From contig QMZS01000001.1 in the NCBI GenBank assembly GCA_003663295.1, forward strand, positions 1-39,900: a stretch of DNA of 39,900 bases, given 5' to 3'. Below the pieces are notes generated by a model. It searched no databases. It was not told the DNA's origin and was given only the letters and a program-made list of their open reading frames with translations. This DNA is from Candidatus Aenigmatarchaeota archaeon (GTDB lineage Archaea > Aenigmatarchaeota > Aenigmatarchaeia > QMZS01). Positions 17,303 to 23,787 of the stretch are shown in pieces. Positions within the stretch are counted from its first letter, which is position 1. Every line of letters begins with the position of its first letter. The translations under genes were made by a program, and so were the position numbers.

Positions 17303-17860
17303 ATGACAAAAACCTATATTATTGGGATTACAGGAGCAAGTGGCGTAATTATCGGGAAACGATTAATTGAAATACTTTCAAAAGAAAACAAAGTTTACGC
17401 AATTATTTCAGACGCGGCAAAGCTGGTTGCAAAATATGAACTTAAAGAAGAAATTAAATTTAAGAACTCAGAGAATATTATTGTTTATGATGAAAAAGAA
17501 TTCGATGCCAATATAGCATCAGGAAGTTTCAAAACCGAAGGGCTGATAATTGCGCCCTGCACAATGAAAACTGTATCCGCAATCGCAAATGGATTTTCGC
17601 ACAATTTAATTGCGAGGGCTGCGGATGTTTGCATTAAAGAAAAAAGGAAACTTGTTATTGTTCCGCGGGAAAATCCATTAAGCGAAATTCATCTTGAAAA
17701 TTTGCTAAAACTTGCACGACTTAATGCTTATATTGTTCCCCCATCAATCCAGTTTTATTCCTCTGAAACAAAAGAAGAATTAATTGATTATATCTGCGGG
17801 AAGGTTCTTGATTGTTTTGGAATTGGGCATGAATTATACAAGGAATGGTCTGGTAATTAA
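17303..17860 (+). CDS. ubiX: UbiX-type flavin prenyltransferase (prFMN synthase)
   Basis: YIIGITGASGVIIGKRLIE, IAPCTMKTVSAIANGFSHNLIARAADVCIKEKRKLVIVPRE and PLSEIHLENL are canonical UbiX/Pad1 motifs. Confidence 0.85.
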   Translation: MTKTYIIGITGASGVIIGKRLIEILSKENKVYAIISDAAKLVAKYELKEEIKFKNSENIIVYDEKEFDANIASGSFKTEGLIIAPCTMKTVSAIANGFSHNLIARAADVCIKEKRKLVIVPRENPLSEIHLENLLKLARLNAYIVPPSIQFYSSETKEELIDYICGKVLDCFGIGHELYKEWSGN

Positions 17861-17881
17861 ACTTAAATTCAAGCTAATTTC

Positions 17882-19030
17882 TTATTTCATATCTATTGCT
17901 TCTTTTAGAAGATTTAAACTTTCATAATATTTCTTAAGTACAATTTCCCACAAGTCTTCCCAATCGGGAGGATAAATTAATCCAAAAAAATTTAATGCAA
18001 CCATAAATTTTGGTTTATCAGAATGAATGGGGTATTTATTACTTCTTAATGCCATGATATTCCTAAAATTGAGTATAATAGATTTATTATGCTTTGATAA
18101 ATTCGCCTCTAAAAATTTCTCCAAAATATTTATTGAACCTTTTGTAGATTCATCTTTGATATTTATTTCGTCAATTAAATTTGTTAAACTTTGAATTCTA
18201 TTATTAAATGCATCTTCATCGTCACACAATTTTCTTATATCTGAGATTGCTAATTCATTAGACTTAAATAAATTTATTCCAAAATTATACTCAAAAACAA
18301 TATTCACCTCTCTTCTTTTCTGAACAATCCCTTCAGTAATTTTATCAAGATTATGACTTGAATGTAATACTACTTCATTAATACCATCTTTTTCAGAAAC
18401 TTTTTCTTTAACATATTTTGTTTTCTTATCTGATTCTAAATAAATTTTCAATTCCTCTTGCAAAAGAGGAATAATTTCTGGTGGTATAGTCCAGCTGGGG
18501 TATTTATTACTGCCTGTTTTAAAAACAAGTTTTAAGGTTCGCAATCTAGGTAATATATATGAGGGTATATAACTATATCCAAGTACATTTTCAATTTCAT
18601 CTATTATATCAAAATACGCAGATTCTCCATTTTTATTAATTATTGCTTGTAAGATTCCATAAACTTTTTCACCCCAGCGATCAAATGCTTTCTTACTATT
18701 CTTCTTTATTTCATCCCACGAACCTTTAATTGCCACTTCAGCTTTTTCCGTCGCTGTATAATATTTCCCATGAAATCCCCCTAAACCCAGTTCATACTCA
18801 GGGGGATATTTTTTTACAAATTTTAATAAATCACCATCGTTAATTACTTCTGAAATCTCTAAAGCTTCTTTTGAATAATTCCAATAAATAGGTATTGCTT
18901 TGGATAATAATCCTTCCATAGGTTTAAACGAAGGCAAATCCAGTTCCCTACCAATTCCATATATTTTATCATACCAACAAAATCGCTCCATCAATAAAGC
19001 CCTCTCTTTAATTTTTTCTTTTTTGTCCAT
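17882..19030 (-). CDS. hypothetical protein (382 aa)
   Basis: Long ORF with an ATG start and no family motif I can name. The C-terminal region contains LRSNKYPIH (R-x6-H, HEPN-like spacing; weak). Confidence 0.5.
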   Translation of the reverse strand: MDKKEKIKERALLMERFCWYDKIYGIGRELDLPSFKPMEGLLSKAIPIYWNYSKEALEISEVINDGDLLKFVKKYPPEYELGLGGFHGKYYTATEKAEVAIKGSWDEIKKNSKKAFDRWGEKVYGILQAIINKNGESAYFDIIDEIENVLGYSYIPSYILPRLRTLKLVFKTGSNKYPSWTIPPEIIPLLQEELKIYLESDKKTKYVKEKVSEKDGINEVVLHSSHNLDKITEGIVQKRREVNIVFEYNFGINLFKSNELAISDIRKLCDDEDAFNNRIQSLTNLIDEINIKDESTKGSINILEKFLEANLSKHNKSIILNFRNIMALRSNKYPIHSDKPKFMVALNFFGLIYPPDWEDLWEIVLKKYYESLNLLKEAIDMK

Positions 19031-19100
19031 ATCTTATTCTATTGAAATTTCTAATAAGTCTCTAAAACCCGCAATATCTTAATTAGAAAAATAATTAATT

Positions 19101-20054
19101 ATGATGCAAACCTCTGCCCCGGGAAATATTTTCCTATTTGGAGAACATGCTGTGGTTTATAATCGACCTGGGATTATCTCAGCAATAGGATTAAGAACTT
19201 ACTGCGAAATTGAAAAAAATGAAGATTCTCTGATAAATATTTATTCTGAGGGTTACGGGGAATTCAGCGCGAAAATAGAAAATTTAAAACCAGTTGGCAA
19301 TTATGCGGAGAGAATTGATTTGCTCTGCGATTTGATTTCAACCTATTACCGAAAATTTAAAATTAAAGAGGGGGTGACTTTAAAAATCACCTCGGATATT
19401 CCAAAAGATTCCGGAGGAATGAGTTCCTCAACAGCGGTTTTGTGTTCGGTTCTTGAAGGATTAAATAAAATATTTCAGAAAGTTGATAAAAAAGATTATT
19501 ATGAATTCCTGCTTCCTTTCCAGAAAAAAATTCACGGAGGAAATGCTTCCGGGGTTGAACTTTTCTCATCAACTTTCGGGGGTTATAATAAAGTAAGAAT
19601 TGGTCCAGTACGATGCGAAAATCTTGGAGAACTTAAATTGCCAATATTGATTGCGGACACTGAAATTGAAGCAAAAACTTCAGAGACAGTTCCTTATGTG
19701 AGAAATGGGTGGGAAAAAGACAAAAACAGTTATGAAGATATTTTCTATCGCATCAGGCAACTTGTTGAAGAAGGAAAAAAAGCAATTAAGAACCATGACC
19801 TTGTTGTGCTTGGAAACCTGATGATAAAAAACCATGAAATTCTTGCAAAAGACCTTGGAGTATCTCATCCTAAACTAAACAAGATGGTGGAGATTGCCCT
19901 TGAAAACGGAGCTTACGGAGCAAAACTTTCCGGCGGGGGAAAAGGCGGGGCTGCGATTATTCTTGTCAGCAAAGAGAAAGAAGATAAAATAATTGAGAAA
20001 CTTAATTTTTGCAAAGTTTACAAAACAGAGATTGGGGTTAATGGATGCAAATAA
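19101..20054 (+). CDS. mvk: mevalonate kinase
   Basis: GHMP kinase motifs: SAPGNIFLFGEHAVVY (N-terminal), PKDSGGMSSSTA (motif II), KLSGGGKGGAAI (motif III). Confidence 0.85.
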   Translation: MMQTSAPGNIFLFGEHAVVYNRPGIISAIGLRTYCEIEKNEDSLINIYSEGYGEFSAKIENLKPVGNYAERIDLLCDLISTYYRKFKIKEGVTLKITSDIPKDSGGMSSSTAVLCSVLEGLNKIFQKVDKKDYYEFLLPFQKKIHGGNASGVELFSSTFGGYNKVRIGPVRCENLGELKLPILIADTEIEAKTSETVPYVRNGWEKDKNSYEDIFYRIRQLVEEGKKAIKNHDLVVLGNLMIKNHEILAKDLGVSHPKLNKMVEIALENGAYGAKLSGGGKGGAAIILVSKEKEDKIIEKLNFCKVYKTEIGVNGCK

Positions 20055-20123
20055 CCTCTAAAACAGAGCTTAAGGCAATAAATTAGAACAACTGAAAAAT
20101 TAAAGATTGATTCATCTATATTT

Positions 20124-20741
20124 ATGTCCTACTCTTTTGACTATGATTTGGGGAAACTTCCAAAGGAATTTTTCAGAGAAATTGCTAAAATTGTTGATAA
20201 CCAGAAACTACACAAAAAAATGGGTAATGTCTCGAAATTAATTGTTAAAAGATTCAAAGTTAATAATATTCTTGGAATTCAGGTTGAAGATGCTATTTCA
20301 ATTGTTGAAGATTTAATAGAAGTAAATCTCAACACTGCAATTAAAAGGGAAAAATTTAAAGGGGAAAAAGAAAAAGTTCTTCTTCTCCCTCACTGCTGCA
20401 GAAAATATATGGACTCAAGATGCAAAGCAAAAGTTGATAAAGAAGTTTCTTCTTATTTATGCGCGCATTGTTCAGAAAACTGTCTTGCAAATAAAGCAAC
20501 AAAACTCGGAGAATCTAAAGGATATAAGGTATTTATCCTCCCCGGCGGAAGCTGCATTAAAAAAATTCTGGACAAAGTGAACTGCGAAGTAGTTTTTGCG
20601 ATTGCGTGCCCTGAAGAAATAAATATGTGTGTTGAACTTGTTGAAAATAGAGGGAAAACTTGCATAGGAGTACCTCTTACAAAAAACGGGTGCTCAAACA
20701 CAAAATTTAGCCTGGCAACTCTAAAAAAGGCTTTGATATAG
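20124..20741 (+). CDS. Cys-rich protein, DUF116-like (copy 1 of a tandem pair)
   Basis: LLLPHCCRKYMDSRCKA...CAHCSENCLANKAT...LPGGSCIKK...ACPEE...GCSNT. The LLLPHC plus multi-Cys pattern matches my recollection of DUF116/COG1852; this needs HMM confirmation. Confidence 0.55.
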   Translation: MSYSFDYDLGKLPKEFFREIAKIVDNQKLHKKMGNVSKLIVKRFKVNNILGIQVEDAISIVEDLIEVNLNTAIKREKFKGEKEKVLLLPHCCRKYMDSRCKAKVDKEVSSYLCAHCSENCLANKATKLGESKGYKVFILPGGSCIKKILDKVNCEVVFAIACPEEINMCVELVENRGKTCIGVPLTKNGCSNTKFSLATLKKALI

Positions 20742-20769
20742 AAACAATAAAAATGAATACTACATAATT

Positions 20770-21387
20770 ATGTCATACTCTTTCAATTACGATTTAGGGA
20801 AACTTCCAAGAGAATTTTTCAGGGATGTTGCTAAATTAGTGGATAAAAAGGATCTGCACAAGAAATTCGGGGGGTTATCTAAATTAATTGTTAAAAAATT
20901 CAAGGTTGATGAAACTCTGGGAATAAACTCGAAAGACGCAATCTCAATTGTTGAAGATTTGACAAAAGTTTATGTAAAAAACATGATTTATGCGGAAGAT
21001 TTCAAAAAAGCAAAATCAAAAATTTTGCTGTTGCCTCACTGCTGCAGAAAATATATAGATTTCAGGTGCAAAGCAAAATTCGACCCAAAATATTCCTCTT
21101 ATTCCTGCACGCATTGTTCAGAAGACTGTCTTGCAAATAAAGCAACAAAACTCGGAGAATCTAAAGGTTATCGGGTTTTTATTCTTGCGGGGGGAAGTTG
21201 CATTATAAAAATTCTGGACAAAGTAAAATGTGATGCTGTTCTAGGTATTGGATGCACAGAAGAATTAATATTGGGGGCAAAGTTTATAAAAAGCAAAAAT
21301 AAAATTGGTAAAGGATTACCCCTTACAAAAAACGGGTGTTTGAATACAAAATTTAATATTGAGAGCCTGAAAAAGGAACTTGTCTGA
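20770..21387 (+). CDS. Cys-rich protein, DUF116-like (copy 2 of a tandem pair)
   Basis: Same length (205 aa) and colinear with copy 1 (MSYSF.YDLGKLP.EFFR..AK.VD...LHKK...LLLPHCCRKY.D.RCKAK...). Starts 28 nt after copy 1. Confidence 0.55.
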   Translation: MSYSFNYDLGKLPREFFRDVAKLVDKKDLHKKFGGLSKLIVKKFKVDETLGINSKDAISIVEDLTKVYVKNMIYAEDFKKAKSKILLLPHCCRKYIDFRCKAKFDPKYSSYSCTHCSEDCLANKATKLGESKGYRVFILAGGSCIIKILDKVKCDAVLGIGCTEELILGAKFIKSKNKIGKGLPLTKNGCLNTKFNIESLKKELV

Positions 21388-21511
21388 ATTATTTAAAATC
21401 AAGCAATATAGGATTTACAACAGGATTATCACTCTATTTTTCTCTAAAACAACTTTTTAATTGATAATCAAACCCCAAATAAGATTCTTAAACTTAATAA
21501 ATAATTGAGTA

Positions 21512-22879
21512 ATGGTTAAAGATAGATTAGTGCATAAATTTGGAGGTGAAATAGCCAGCACCTCTAAATATCTTAAAAAAAGCGCTGAGATTATCAAAGA
21601 TAACTCCGAATATGCGAATGTCGCAGTAATATCGGCTCTGAGAGGGGTTACCAAAAGTCTGGCAGAAAAGTGTAATTATTTCTCAAAAGGAGGTTCTGAA
21701 TCTGAAATTGACTCTTATATCCAAGAACTCAGGCAAATGCATTATAACAAAATTAATTATCCTGAAGAACAGGAAATTATTGAAGAAAATCTTGGGGGGA
21801 AATTAGAGGAACTTAAAAGACATCTTTACAGTATTTACGATCTTAACCATACCGATTCTTTAATAACTGATAAAATTATTGTATCTGGAGAAAATCTTTC
21901 TTCAGAAATATTTGGGGGATATTTTTCTAAAAAAGGCATTGAACCGGAAATTTTCACAGGAAGAGAAATTGGTATCATAACCAACAATAATTATGGAGAT
22001 GCTGATATAGACTGGAAACTTACAGCAGGAAATATTGAAAAATATCTAAGACCTTTGCTTGAAGATGGAATTACTCCAATTATAACCGGATTTGACGGAA
22101 AAACACCTGAAGGAAAAACCACAACACTTGGGAGGAGCGGTTCTGATACCACTGCCTGCGTAATTGGATGCGACATAAATGCAAAAGAAATTAATTTATA
22201 CAAAACCACAGAAGGGGTTACGAGCGCAGACCCAAAAATAGTTGGAGGGAAAGCAAGAACAATCCCTTTTATGAATTACCACGAAGCAATGGAGACCGGA
22301 GAAATAACTCATTATAAAGGCGTGGAATATGCAAGAGAAAGAGAAATACCCATCACAGTCAGGAGTATATTAAACCCTGAAATAAAAACCATTATTAATG
22401 GAAATAAAAATACTAAAAAAGGAATAAAACTGATTACCTGTGAACCTGGTTGTTACCTCATTAAAATTGATGATCCAAAAATGGCTGAAGAAGTGGGGGC
22501 GCTTGGAGCTATGAGCACTTCGATGGGTCATTATGGGATAAACCTTGAATTAGCAAGAGATGGATTTAATCACTTAATCTTTGTGCCTGACAGCAACACA
22601 ACCGAAGAATCCATAAATCTGGTAAGAAAAAAACTTGAAGCTGAATATGGAAAAATAATCATATCCCCTAAAGTTTCCATACTCAGAGCAATTGGAAATA
22701 TTGGTTTTGATTCCCATATAAGTTACATATTTAACAAAACCCTTGAAGATAATACCCTCCCTGAAGAAGCCCTTATTGGCTCTTATCCAGCTAAAGATTC
22801 CTGGGGGCTTGAAGGGATGGTACCGGATTCAAAATCAGAAGATATTGTCCGTAAATTACATAAAAACCTAATAGAATAA
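21512..22879 (+). CDS. aspartate-kinase-family protein (amino-acid kinase domain plus ACT-like C-terminus)
   Basis: VHKFGGEIASTSKY (N-terminal KFGG), VISALRGVTKSL, GRSGSDTTA, TEGVTSADPKIV, then a ~150-aa C-terminal regulatory-like region. The region after the DP motif is divergent. Confidence 0.65.
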   Translation: MVKDRLVHKFGGEIASTSKYLKKSAEIIKDNSEYANVAVISALRGVTKSLAEKCNYFSKGGSESEIDSYIQELRQMHYNKINYPEEQEIIEENLGGKLEELKRHLYSIYDLNHTDSLITDKIIVSGENLSSEIFGGYFSKKGIEPEIFTGREIGIITNNNYGDADIDWKLTAGNIEKYLRPLLEDGITPIITGFDGKTPEGKTTTLGRSGSDTTACVIGCDINAKEINLYKTTEGVTSADPKIVGGKARTIPFMNYHEAMETGEITHYKGVEYAREREIPITVRSILNPEIKTIINGNKNTKKGIKLITCEPGCYLIKIDDPKMAEEVGALGAMSTSMGHYGINLELARDGFNHLIFVPDSNTTEESINLVRKKLEAEYGKIIISPKVSILRAIGNIGFDSHISYIFNKTLEDNTLPEEALIGSYPAKDSWGLEGMVPDSKSEDIVRKLHKNLIE

Positions 22880-22884
22880 TAGTA

Positions 22885-23415
22885 ATGAGGGTCCAAACAA
22901 ACTGGTATGTACTAACCGGAGGTCCGTGTTCAGGGAAATCAAAAGTTATTGAATATCTCAAATCCAAAGGATACAATACTTCCAAAGAATTTGCGAGAAA
23001 GGTAATAGATAAAGGAATTGCAAAAGGAAAAACTGTGGAAGAAATCAGGAAAGATGAAATAAAATTTCAAAATGATATCTTAAACCTTAAAATTAAATTT
23101 GAAAATAAATTACGCCCAAAACAAACAATTTTCCTTGACCGGGGAATTCCTGATTCCATTGTTTATTTCAAAGAAGCTGGACTTAAAGTAGACACTGCTG
23201 TTAAAGAATCCAGTAAAAGATAATACAAAAAAGTTTTCTTCCTTAAACAACCTAAAATTAAAAATGATTATGCGAGAACAGAAGATATAAAAACATCAAA
23301 AAGAATCAGCAAACTCCTATTTAAAGCATATACTGATTTAAGCTATGACTTAATAATTGTACCTGTAACAAAAACAATTGAAGAAAAAGCTGAGAATATC
23401 CTGAATAATTTGTAA
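22885..23415 (+). pseudogene. P-loop ATPase (AAA_28/NadR-like small ATPase) interrupted by one in-frame TAA
   Basis: Walker A motif YVLTGGPCSGKSKV, then FLDRGIPDSIVY. TAA at 23221..23223. The same frame continues YKKVFFLKQPKIKNDYARTEDIKTSKRISKLLFKAYTDLSYDLIIVPVTKTIEEKAENILNNL to the TAA at 23413..23415. This matches the C-terminal half of the family (rY..VFfl.P....D..R.e......i...l...Y..lGY.li.vP...veeR...il). Confidence 0.6.
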
Positions 23416-23459
23416 ATAAAAGAAAGTTATCTTAGAATAAAATAATTTAATTATTTTAT

Positions 23460-23710
23460 GGCCGGGATGGTGTAGCTAAGCCCTTCTTTCTTTCAAAAAG
23501 AAAGTAGCCCTTAAAGGGAAGAACAAAACTTGGCTCTGTAAGGTAGCATGAGAGACTGTGGAGGAACTTCAAAAAGTTCTATCATTTACCATATCTTCGC
23601 CTCATTCTTTTGCCCTGCAAAAGATGCATAGTCCGAAGGATTAATGTTGGCTCGATATGCTTTAACAAAACGGAAATCTCTTAGGGGGGGTTCAAATCCC
23701 CCTCTCGGCC
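23460..23710 (+). tRNA. tRNA-His (anticodon GUG) with encoded G-1:C73 and two putative introns
   Basis: G-1 (23460). Acceptor GCCGGGA (23461-67) pairs with UCUCGGC (23703-09). C73 is at 23710. U8 G9, D-stem GUGU (23470-73) with GCAU (23546-49). Anticodon stem AGAGA (23551-55) with UCUCU (23677-81). Loop is CUGUGG then A. T-arm is GGGGG UUCAAAU CCCCC (23686-23702). About 62 nt interrupt the D-loop (~23481-23542) and about 114 nt sit at the canonical 37/38 site (~23562-23675). Exact splice points are ambiguous by a few nt. Confidence 0.75.
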
Positions 23711-23713
23711 CTA

Positions 23714-23719
23714 TTTTTT
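23714..23719 (+). terminator. oligo-T tract immediately downstream of tRNA-His
   Basis: The T6 run starts 4 nt after the tRNA 3' end. Oligo-T tracts are the usual archaeal termination signal. Confidence 0.4.
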
Positions 23720-23787
23720 AGATTGTTTTCTTATAAATTCCAAAATTCGTTCTATCCTTTACTTTGCAAGAATCATCAATCCATGTT

